This document shows, piece by piece, positions 1 to 9,935 of a stretch of DNA of 47,466 nucleotides (the stretch's first letter is position 1; every line of letters begins with the position of its first letter). The position numbers and the translations under genes were made by a program. The notes under the pieces were generated by a model, which saw only the letters and a program-made list of their open reading frames with translations, was not told where the DNA came from and made no database searches. The DNA comes from Octopus bimaculoides (taxonomy: Eukaryota): positions 33,188,021 to 33,235,486 of the forward strand of contig NC_069004.1 in the NCBI RefSeq assembly GCF_001194135.2, given 5' to 3'.

Positions 1-1234
1 TGAGTGTTTATTGAGCGAAAACACCTAAAAGCTCCACGAGGCTCCGGCAGGGGATGGCAGCGAACCCTGCTGTACTCTTTCACCACAACTTTCTCTCACT
101 CTTTCTTCCTGTTTCTGCTGTTCCTGTATTTCAAAGGGGCCAGCCTTGTCACACTCTGTGTCATGCTGAATATCCCCAAGAACTACGTTAAGGGTACGCG
201 TGTCTGTGGAGTGCTCAGCCACTTGCACGTTAATTTCACGAGCAGGCTGTTCCGTTGATCGGATCGACTGGAACCCTCGATGTTGTAAGCCAATTACCCA
301 ATGTGTTCACTAAACATGGCCAGTCATATCTTCCCATCATATCCTAATGGAAATAGGTTTTTCTCAAGTAGTGCAAAAAAAAACTTAAAAGCACCACATT
401 TAAGTTTAATATAAAGTGACATCAGGTGATGTTTGAAACAGCTGCTTTCGTGAAAGTACCAGCTGCTCACATGACATATTATTGGGTTTGCGGTTTCTGT
501 TTCTCTCTCTCTCTCTCAGAATATCCCCTCCCTTAACTAAATCTATATTTTTTCAATCAACTTATACAACTGCAATGAAAAGAAGGCCTTCATATATATA
601 CACACATACATACGTACATACATACATACATGTGTGTGTAGTATGTATGTGTCTTCATTTTATGTCCATTTTCCATGCTTGGATGGCTCAGATAGGTCAT
701 TGTGGTCTTGCTAAATTCATATTGTGAGTTACACTCTGTGTGTGTGTGTGTGTGTGTAAGATTAGAGAAGATTGAAAGTTTAATTCGAATAGTAATATCT
801 ACACCTTATAGCAACATGCACACTCACACGCAGGCACCTGTACATGCACACACACACACATTTATGTACATACATGTATGTATATTATGTGTGTATATAC
901 ATACATATGTGTGTGTGTGTGCACACACACACACACATACATACATATATATATATATATAAAGAATATGAGGGGGTTTAGTTCAGTGGTGATCTAAACG
1001 AATAGGTCCACTGTGTCAGGGCTATAATTGGTCATCCGTTAGGTTCCAAGTTCACAGCTGAGGCTGGAGCTAGGGATCCATAGTAGGCTTCCGGGTTAGC
1101 AGGTGTATATTAGAGGAAAAAGGACAACAAAACCAAGGCAGGACGAGTATCTCAAGTCATTTAAAATATCTAACTATAGTAAGGTAAATTTGAAGTAATT
1201 AATTGGTTAATTAATCAATCAATTAATTATTGGA

Positions 1235-1312
1235 TGTCTTACAGCTGTTTCTGGGATATCCCAAGTGGAAGGTTGGCATCTCCATACACTGGGTATTCCG
1301 TCATCAGAGACA
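1235..1312 (-). ncRNA. Minimal type I hammerhead ribozyme motif (Penelope/retrozyme type)
   Basis: tgtct-CUGAUGA-stem II-GAAAC-AGCU-GUA-agaca; palindromic ACAGCUGU helix III. Confidence 0.6.
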
Positions 1313-1931
1313 AGATGAGTATGTATGAAAGTTCCAGGCAGGGAATTCACCATTTATAAAGGCATGAAATAGTAGATAGAAGAATGGATATCCTCCAGGA
1401 TCACTTGTGCTTCACATTGTTATAGACGATCCATTTTACGTCCCCCATCACTAATCTCTTTAAAAAAAAGAGGATAGTTTTCTTCCCGTTTCTATAATGG
1501 AAATCAAATGAGTGTTGGTGACAGGAAAGGCATCTGGCTATAGAAAACTGTCAGCATACTTTCGTCTGACACAGGCAAACAAGGAAAAGTGGGCATTAAA
1601 ATATTGATGATGTGTGTGTGTGCGTGCATGCATCCTTGTTTGTCCCTACCACTGTTGGTTTGTTTCTGTCCCCCTTACTTCAGTAGTTCAGTAATAAGAG
1701 AAGGGCAAAACAAATGTCACTTAAAATAAGTGCTGGAGTGAAATTGCTCAATTCTTTTTAGGTATTGCTCCAGCATGGCCACAATTCAGAGATTGAAACA
1801 AAGAAGACTGAAAAAAAAAATGAAGCAGAAGAAATTTTTAAAAAAATCGTGAGGCGAACAACGTCTATTTGGTTCTCTCTCTCTCTTTCTCTCTCTCTGA
1901 CGTTTTCTTTTTCCCTTTTATTAACGAACAG

Positions 1932-2096
1932 GTCTTGAGAAACTCAAAGAAATTGAATCTAGTCTCCGTTATGATATCAATCAAATGTCAGCCAGATTGG
2001 TGCGCCAATTAAAGAGGAGAGATCATCGAATTGCCAAACTCAGTTGCAATTTTGACCTCGTCACAGCTTTCTTGCAAGCATCTTCTCTGAAGCGCC
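1932..2096 (+). CDS. TBC1D30: TBC1D30 long-isoform exon (DUF4682-like coiled coil)
   Basis: cag| acceptor, C|gtaagt donor, phase 1-1. Encodes LEKLKEIESSLRYDINQMSARLVRQLKRRDHRIAKLSCNFDLVTAFLQASSLKR, resembling human ELKYRIGIQSAKLLRHLKQKDRLLHKVQRNCDIVTACLQAVSQKRR. Joins exon 13571 in frame (C+GA = Arg). Confidence 0.85.
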
Positions 2097-2105
2097 GTAA
2101 GTTTA

Positions 2106-2171
2106 CTATTATTATTATTATTATTATTATTATTATCATCATCATTATTATTATCATCATTATCATTATCT
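2106..2171. repeat. (ATT/ATC)n microsatellite right after the TBC1D30 donor
   Basis: Direct reading. Confidence 0.95.
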
Positions 2172-2324
2172 AATTGACTGCCCTCCCCCCCAAATTTCGG
2201 GCTTTGTGCCTAGAGCAGAAAAGATACCCCAGTTGTGACCATCCAACCTAAGTTGCTTCATATAACCTCCAATTGAAAGAAGGAAACCTAGCATAAGTAA
2301 TCTTTTATTCATAATTTTTTTTTT

Positions 2325-2635
2325 TTTACTTGTTTTACGTCTTAGGTCACTGCCTTAAAGGGTATTAATTGAATGAAACGATCCCAATATTCATTTAAGA
2401 ACTGGGACTTATTCTGCCGAACTGCAAATTTAACCAATATCAGTTGTCAAGTAGTGGTCACACACAGACATATACGACGGGCTTCTGTCAGTTTCCGCCT
2501 ACCAAATCTACTCAAGGTTTTAGTTGACCTGGGGCGATAGTAGAAGACACTTTCCCAAGGTATCTTGCTGTGGTATCGAACCTGGAACCATATAGTTGAG
2601 GAGGGAACTCTACCTCTCAGCTACGCCTGTGCCTG
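2325..2635 (-). mobile_element. Family A SINE, diverged
   Basis: Same body (cttctgtcagtttccgcctaccaaatc...gaagacactttcccaagg) and head. Confidence 0.7.
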
Positions 2636-2933
2636 ATTGTTTTATTTTATTCGTTTTTCTTTCGTTGATAGCCGGTTTTTTTTCTTTGTGGGGCTTGTCC
2701 AAAGACTAATTTTACCAACAAGTCGAGTGTCATTCTTTGAAATCAACCTAGAATATCACTGGTATAAAATGTGTCGACTACTTTAGGGTCTGACAATAAA
2801 AATGTAACGTAAAACTAGATTTATGCTAAGGGAAATAATTCGATTTCATAGTTTTTGTGAAGAGTGCTCTCCCTTCTTCTATTCATTCCCATAAAAAAAA
2901 AAATTTAGTACTTTTGTATCAGAAATTGGCAGT

Positions 2934-3671
2934 CATGCTATTAGCTGTCAGAAGTGAAAGTGCTCACTGCTAGTGAAGTATCTGTCTGTCTGCCTGTCTG
3001 CCTGCATGCCTGTTGCTGGCCTGTCGATTCTTTGGCTACTGACAGCTAATACCATGACTGACCGGAGCGAGCTATATGTCTGTCTCTCTCTCTATCTATC
3101 TATCTATCTATCTATTACTCGAAAGTTATTGGAACAAATTTGACACCTATATCCGTCTGTCTGTCTGCCTGCTGGTTTGAGTTGATACTTTGGCTTACTT
3201 ACTTACTGATATCTATCTACTATCTATCTATCTATCAATCACTCGTCCACCTTATTAGAAAACACAAATTTAATATAAAAACATATTTCCTGAAATTGCA
3301 AATTATTTAAAATATAAAAATATAATTTTCAACAGAGAGAATTTATCAAAATAGAAAACAAATGAAGTTTGAAGTTTAAAAATAATAGGATCGACCACTC
3401 ACGACTAGCTAGCGCGGACGCGAGTTCCCTTATACTCTGTGTTTTCAAACGCATGGATATAGGTGTCAAATTTGTTCCAATAACTTTCGAGTAATAGATA
3501 GATAGATAGAGAGAGAGACAGACAGACAGACAGACATATAGCTCGCTTCGGCCAGTCATGGTATTAGCTGTCAGTAGCCAAAGAATCGACAGGCCAGCAA
3601 CAGGCATGCAGGCAAACAGACAGATACTTCACTAGCAGTGAGCACTTTCACTTCTGACAGCTATTAGCATG
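2934..3671. repeat. Long inverted repeat (arms 2934-3154 and 3455-3671)
   Basis: About 220-bp arms with only a few substitutions outside a (TCTG/TCTA)n tract; 300-bp spacer. Confidence 0.92.
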
Positions 3672-4074
3672 ATAGTGCCCAGAAATTTAGTACTTTTTAT
3701 ATCGAGTTGAAAGTAAATATTGGTCAGAAGTACCGAGTTTATGTATTTACTTAAAAAATATATTACCTTGTGCCTATGTTGGAGACTATCATGGTTGTTG
3801 TTTTTATTATTTCTTTTGTGGTTTCATTCGAGATTTTACTGCACCACTTTTGCACTCATTTGTATTCCTGAAGTGTGTACAATATATGTTCTTGTTTTTT
3901 GTGGGTATCGGACGAGTATGGACTCCTCTATTATTTTGTACGTTTTGCTGTGTGGTTTAGCTTCTAATTTCTAGTGTAATGTGAGTTGTATTATTTTATA
4001 GCATGTGAAATTGTAGTCGTGGCTGTTGCCATGTGAATGGTACCCGTGAAAATCGTAAGTGTGGCCGTTGCCGG

Positions 4075-4722
4075 TAGCATGATCCTCGAATGATGGGCCT
4101 CACAGAGGCGTTAACAAGTGACCAAGACCTTTGGCGATATGCTGTGCTTGAGAAGACTCGTCAAGCCAAGTGAAATCGTTAGTCGTGGCCAGTGTCTGTG
4201 GTGTATGCGTGCGAGTAGATGTAATCGCCTTACCTCGGTTTTCCTGTCGTCCACTGCGAGTCTGTCTTGCGGTATCCGATCCTCGAAGCTTGCCCCGACC
4301 CGAAGAACACTAGGAATAGCAGCTGCTTCTCCCAAACCTAGACCGTCGCTTAGCGCGTCCTCTCCTGACCACGACCCCGTTCGAGAAGGGCACGAATCCC
4401 GATCGAGGCTCCCTCTGCCCTTCTTCCTCTTCCGGTCAGCTCCCCAGTCACTGACGTCATACCACAGTGTCATGCAGATGGCACTCGTGGAATCGTAAAA
4501 ATGCCAGTGTCATGTAAATGGCACGCGTGCCGGTGGCACATAAAAAGCACCCATTACACTCTTGGAATGGTTGGCGTTAGGAAGGGCATCCAGCCGTAGA
4601 AACCAAGCCAAAATCAGACTGGAACTTGGTGCAGTTCTCAGGCTTACCAGTTCCAGTCAAACCGTCTAACCCATGCCAGCACGAAAAGTGGACGTTAAAT
4701 GCTGATAACGATGATGATGATT
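4075..4722 (+). mobile_element. RTE-type LINE 3' end with (GAT)n tail (family C), interrupted by the 270-bp insert
   Basis: ggcctcacagagg...cttgagaagactcgtcaagccaagtgaaatc joined to the ggttggcgttaggaagggcatccagc body and GAT tail that recur across the window. Confidence 0.7.
4197..4466. mobile_element. 270-bp TG...CA insert with 5-bp TSD (solo LTR or Ginger-like non-autonomous element)
   Basis: Starts TGTGGT, ends ACCACA; flanked by GTGTC at 4192-4196 and 4467-4471; GC/CpG-rich; interrupts an RTE 3' tail. Confidence 0.75.
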
Positions 4723-4724
4723 AA

Positions 4725-5766
4725 TTTTGTAGAACATGTGATGTGAATTGGGTTGTTATGTATATCCAGTGTTGGCTTTGAAGATGCTTTCTTGTTCTTT
4801 TTATGAAATGTCCGGTCCATTATGCCTCAGAGGTGTTCTATAGGGTTCATATCTGGTGACTGGCTTGGTCTTGGAAGCTTTCTAATGCCATTCTTTTCCA
4901 ACAAATCTTGGGTCATTTTGACCGTGTAGCAAGGAATCCCATCTCCCATAAATTGAGAGTCTTCTTTAATCATTTCACCACTGGAGAAGTTTGGAAGGAG
5001 GCCTTTCTGCAATATGGACACATATTTATTTGAGTTTATCTTTTCCTCACACTCCACCAGCTCTGATCAACCATTGCTCCAAATTGTTCACCAGACCATC
5101 ACAAAATAGCTGCTGTGTTTCATTGCTGGTTGCAATCTTTTCACATCAAATTCTTGATCACACAGTCTCCAAACCCACACTCGACCACTGTTAGGAAATA
5201 CAGCAAATCTGGACTCATCAGAGAATATGACAGTGTCCCAAAATGCTAATGGCCTCACTGGCCCAATCTTTTGTCCACTTCATATTGGCTGGTCAAAGAC
5301 ATGGCTTCCTTCTTCCTGTTCTACTATAGTAACCAAGTTTGTGAAGATACCTGACAGCTGTTCTGGGACTGACATCAATTTGCTGTGATATGTCAGGGGC
5401 CTTGCAACGCGGATTATTCTCCACACTTCTCTTAACAAAGAGAAGAGTCCTGGTTGATCTGGACAAGGTGATGTGGACTCTTTCCCCTCTTTGGTGAATT
5501 GCACAATCACTCTATTAATTGTGGAAAGCGGGATGCCAAGGTTTTCTGCGATTTTACGCTGACTATATCCACCTTCAGAATGACCCACAATACGGACTCT
5601 TTGAAATACAAGGCTTCTTTTATACATGGCATGATTAAAAACAGTCACATATAGAATCTGAAACCTAAAAATGTCAATTAATAAGAAATATAAACCTTTA
5701 CAAGTTAGAATAAACAGAAAAACGATGTTTTATGGGGTGTCTATTTACTTCTAACATATGTGTGTA
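4725..5766 (-). mobile_element. Decayed Tc1/mariner (DD34E) transposon
   Basis: [32 protein letters not shown]; VIFSDESRF (D at 5219-5217); MGDGIPCY...PSQSPDMNPIEHL with 34 residues between D and E; frameshifts and stops; no second TIR found. Confidence 0.9.
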
Positions 5767-5767
5767 T

Positions 5768-6014
5768 ATTTATTTCTTTATTGGCCACAGGGGTGGGGGT
5801 GGGGCTAAACATAGGGGGGACAAACAAGGACAGACAAAGAGGTTAAGTCAATTGCATCGACCCAAGTGTGTAACCGGTACTTAATTGATTGACCCCGAAA
5901 GGATGAAAGGCAAAGTCGACCTTGGTGGAATTTGAACTCAGAATGAAATACTGGCAGACGAAATACCACTAAGCATTTTGCTCAGCGTGCTAATGATTCT
6001 GCCAGCTCGCCGCC
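5768..6014 (-). mobile_element. tRNA-headed SINE, family B
   Basis: ggcggcgagctggcagaatc...ctgagttcaaattcc (B box)...gactttgcctttcatcctttcggggtc core, resembling the Meta-type SINE core as I recall it; A-rich tail. Confidence 0.85.
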
Positions 6015-6146
6015 CTCCATTGATCATATATCGATGTAGTAGAGTGATCTGAATGTGATACCTGATGGAAGTCGCCATCCAAGCTAATAACAATATACGT
6101 ATGTAGCAATGAGCATAGAACCATGTGGTTGGGAAGCAAGCTTCTT

Positions 6147-6378
6147 ATTTATTTATTGCCCACAAGGGGCTAAACATAGAGGGGACAAACAAGGACAGAC
6201 AAAGGGATCAAGTCGATTACATCGACCCAGTGTTTCACTGGTACTTAATTTATCGACCCCGAAAGGATGAAAGGTAAAGTAGACCTTGGCGGAATTTGAA
6301 CTCAGAACATAAAAACAGACGAAATACTGCTAAGCATTTTGCCCAGCGTGCTACTGATTCTGCCAGCTCGCTGCTTTA
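6147..6378 (-). mobile_element. Family B SINE nested in a family A head, with TSD
   Basis: Flanked by gaagcaagcttctt (6133-6146) and gaagcgagcttctt (6379-6392). Confidence 0.85.
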
Positions 6379-6950
6379 GAAGCGAGCTTCTTACCACACA
6401 GCCATGTCTGCCATGCTCCATGAATACAATGTTTTGTCTCTATTGTCAACCACCATGTATTAGTATTAAGGTCTTTCTACCCCCTCCCCTTTAACCCAAT
6501 TAAAGATGGCAGCACTGTAGCATGTCAATCTCACAGGCCAGCTGTTGCTGGCTGTGATTAATTTTCTGGAATGTAGTTTGCTTTTCAGTAACATTTTCAA
6601 CCTCATTAAATATGTCTCTGTAACATTTGTTTTCATGATTCCTTCTAGATTTTTAATCCTAATACACCCAAGTGTTTACAGCAGTTTTTAGGATCACTAA
6701 CATTGACTCTCTCTGCATGTTACTTCTTAACCCCTTTTCATATTAACTCCTTCACACTTTGCGATGACAAAAACTCCCTTCCAATATCCTAGCAACTATA
6801 ACATACCATTTTAACAAATGTATCAGTTTAGTCTTCTGACTTAGCAAACAGTTTGAAGTCATCGATAAACAAAAGATCGTTAATCTGAGGAGTTTCTTTC
6901 ATGTAAGAATATTTGACAATGGTGTTAATAATAAGACAAAAAGTAAGAAA

Positions 6951-7143
6951 GTAATCCTTTCTACTATAGGCACAAGGCCTGAAATTTTGGGGGAGGGGAC
7001 TAGTTGATTACATGGACTCCAGTGCATAACTGGTACTTAATCTATCAACCCTGAAAGGATGAAAGGCAAAGTTGACCTCAGCAGAATTTGAACTCAGAAC
7101 ATAACAGCAGACAAAATACCGCTAAGCATTTTGCCCGGCGTGC
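6951..7143 (-). mobile_element. Family B SINE (variant tail)
   Basis: gaaaggatgaaaggcaaagttgacc...aatttgaactcagaac core. Other copies near 11620-11750(+), 27115-27290(-), 27794-27950(+), 28893-29049(-), 40481-40690(-), 40830-41255(-). Confidence 0.8.
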
Positions 7144-7392
7144 AGTCAAATGATTGAAACAAATGAAAGAGTAAAAGAGTAACCTCTCTCCTGAAAGTTG
7201 CCAGCCTTTTACCAAAATTTAGAATTTTATGTCTGCTGTTGTTACTTTGTTTTATAGGAGTAGTTTCAAGTCCCACCGTAAGACCTCAAGAAACAGGCAT
7301 TTTATTTTAAATGTTATTTATGTCTAGCAATGTTATGCTTGAGGGAAAGGAACCCAGGGAAAGACTTCCGCCCGTTACCCCCATTACTTCCC

Positions 7393-7676
7393 NNNNNNNN
7401 NNNNNNNNNNNNNNNNNNNNNNNNNNNNNNNNNNNNNNNNNNNNNNNNNNNNNNNNNNNNNNNNNNNNNNNNNNNNNNNNNNNNNNNNNNNNNNNNNNNN
7501 NNNNNNNNNNNNNNNNNNNNNNNNNNNNNNNNNNNNNNNNNNNNNNNNNNNNNNNNNNNNNNNNNNNNNNNNNNNNNNNNNNNNNNNNNNNNNNNNNNNN
7601 NNNNNNNNNNNNNNNNNNNNNNNNNNNNNNNNNNNNNNNNNNNNNNNNNNNNNNNNNNNNNNNNNNNNNNNNNNNN
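7393..7676. other. Assembly gap (N)
   Basis: N run. Other gaps: 23321-23330, 29258-29459, 31897-31906, 37053-37130, 40958-41158. Confidence 1.
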
Positions 7677-8206
7677 AATTTCTGAAAAAAGGGAAAAATG
7701 AAGGAAATGGGCGTGGGGGTGGTAATTTAAAAATTCTGGTTTTTGCCAATTTTTTTTGCAGATTCGTATTCCCCATAGCCAAAAAGGGGGTTTGTGTCGA
7801 AAAAAATTTTTTTTTTTAAAGGTGGTTTGGGTGGGGGGACGGGCTGAAGTCTTGCCGAACCCAGATATTGAGAATTAAAATTTAATTAAAATTTTGCTGT
7901 AGTGCTACATAAAAAGCACTGGTGATGGTGCCATGTAAAAAGCACCCAGTACACAGTGTGAAGTGGTTGGTGTTAGGAAGGGCATCCAGCTGTAGAAACC
8001 AGGCCAAAACAGACTATGGCTCCTGACATTGCCAGCTCCTGTTAAACTGACCAACCCCTGCCAGCATAGAAAATGGACATTAAATAAAGTTGATGATGAT
8101 GATGATTTACAATTTTTGATAGTTTAATAATTCGAAAATCCTAAGGTTGACAAGGTTCTTAGGATATGTCTGTAAACTTAACTCTGTGGTTACCCGTGTC
8201 ATCGTA

Positions 8207-8231
8207 CCACGTGACTGCATTGTCTATAAAA
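8207..8231 (+). promoter_or_regulatory. E-box (CCACGTGAC) plus TATAAAA; candidate internal promoter
   Basis: Motifs at 8207-8215 and 8225-8231 at the start of a CpG-richer stretch upstream of exon 9800; motif evidence only. Confidence 0.3.
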
Positions 8232-9799
8232 TCTCTCTCCTCGTCATATTCCTATCTCCCCCCCTTCCATTCATTAATTCATTCATCAATTATTTCTTTA
8301 CTATAACGTCATTTCGTGTCCTCTCCAGAGTCGACGGCGTTTTTTCGAAAAGTCGAACTCACGAAACGAAATAAGTCCATGTTTTTGTCATTGAACATAA
8401 AACGAAAATCTGTTTCCTTTAGTCACTCTGTAGGTGTTATTATTGCAGTTGACCCATTTCCGTCTCGGAAATTATAACTCGTTTTCTCCTGGATACTCGA
8501 CAGGTTCCTATTGGCAACTTACCTTTTTTTTTCTCTTCTCTCTCATTATCTTATTCTAATCTCTAACCATCTGATGCTTCACTCATTTACTTCCCTCAAA
8601 GAAGACCCACTCCAGACGTTACCTCACTCACTCATTACTATATTCAATGCTCTCTCGCTCACTTACTCTCTCCATTTTCCTCCAGTCATCTTTTTTACAC
8701 TTTCCCTTCTCTCTCTCTCTCTTATTCAATGGATGAGTCTCTCTCTTGCCCACTCATTCAATTTATTACTTAGATCGCCCACACTCAGACACTGGCGTTC
8801 TCATTTTATCACTTACTCTTTCTCTATCACTATCTCATATTCTTTTCCTCTCTCTCTTACCCACTCGCTCTCTCATGCATTCTCACTCACACCATCCCCT
8901 CTCGCTCTTCCTCCTCCTCTCATTCAATTTCCAAATACCTCGCTCAGTTTATATTCGATAAATGATCGATGCTGCTTATTTCTCCTTCCTTTTCCTCTCT
9001 CTCGACGGAAGTTAAGAAAGAGAAAATAACCAAATGAGTGAATAAGAAAGAAACCTGGCCATTTGTCTCGTTTATCTTCTTATTCTTCCTCTTTCTTTTG
9101 TTTATTTTCTCTTTCAAACCAACCAGCCTAGCCATACAACCTGAAGGCTGCGATAGTATTTCGATGGGACTCTTAAGGAGTAGAAAGAGCGACACCACCA
9201 TCAGCATCATCATTACCATAACGGGACGACAACAATAACAACAACTACGATATTGTTACCACACACTCCTCCTAATGTAGTTGGAACTACTGTAACTGCC
9301 CCTGTCGTAGTTGTTATGCGTTCGATACCAAACGGTGTGAGAGAGGTTTTGCCGAACGCCCCCGCCGCGCACTTGGCTTTCTCTGTCGACAATTATTTCT
9401 GTTTTTCAAAGCAAAAAATGGTCGCGGGTCGTCGTTTTATCGAACCGTATGTCAAAATGGATGAGTACTTTGTTCAAATAGCCTTTCTTTGACATCGTTT
9501 ATATATTTATATATTTATTCTCTAATCTCGATATCTACCCGAAATCTCTCTGACTATATATATATATATATATATAATGTACTCTTACACTCAAATGGAG
9601 ACAGAGATGGAAAACCACTTATTAATACCTGGGATCGTTTCATTTGGGAAATTGAAGAAATGTGTGCATATCTCTTCCGTGGAACGAACCTAATTCTGTC
9701 CGAAACTACACCATATTCGATAGCTGAATTTCCATATCGATTCCAGAACCATTCTGGACAATATCAGCTGAACAGCAATTCAGTTTCAACGGCCAAAAT

Positions 9800-9935
9800 A
9801 TGTTCGCCTTTATGAATAACTTAGAATCTCGGTTGTTCAAAAAGAACAAGAAACGGCAAGATGTTGTGTCGAGGCGACGGTTGCAACAACCCCCTATTTC
9901 GTTTGGCAAGTCTGCTAGTTGCCCCTCGAGCTTTG
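9800..9935 (+). CDS. TBC1D30: Candidate alternative first coding exon of TBC1D30 (short isoform)
   Basis: ATG at 9800, 45 codons MFAFMNNLESRLFKKNKKRQ...CPSSF, then G|gtgagt donor in phase 1 compatible with exon 13571 (G+GA = Gly). In-frame stop upstream at 9725. No homology support. Confidence 0.6.

Noticed and set aside
432-445. GAAACAGCTG half-motif like the hammerhead helix III
   Set aside because: No upstream CUGANGA and no NUH cleavage triplet.
4118-4498. 126-aa and 120-aa overlapping ORFs
   Set aside because: They cross a LINE tail and the 270-bp insert; openness reflects GC content and there is no recognisable protein.
5215-5221. CUGAUGA on the minus strand
   Set aside because: These are the Ser-Asp-Glu codons of the Tc1 catalytic motif, with no hammerhead stems.
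7677-7900. Unusual homopolymer-rich sequence next to a gap
   Set aside because: Looks like low-quality read ends rather than biology.
8511-9029. 172-aa Leu/Ser-rich ORF
   Set aside because: Translation of CT-rich low-complexity sequence.
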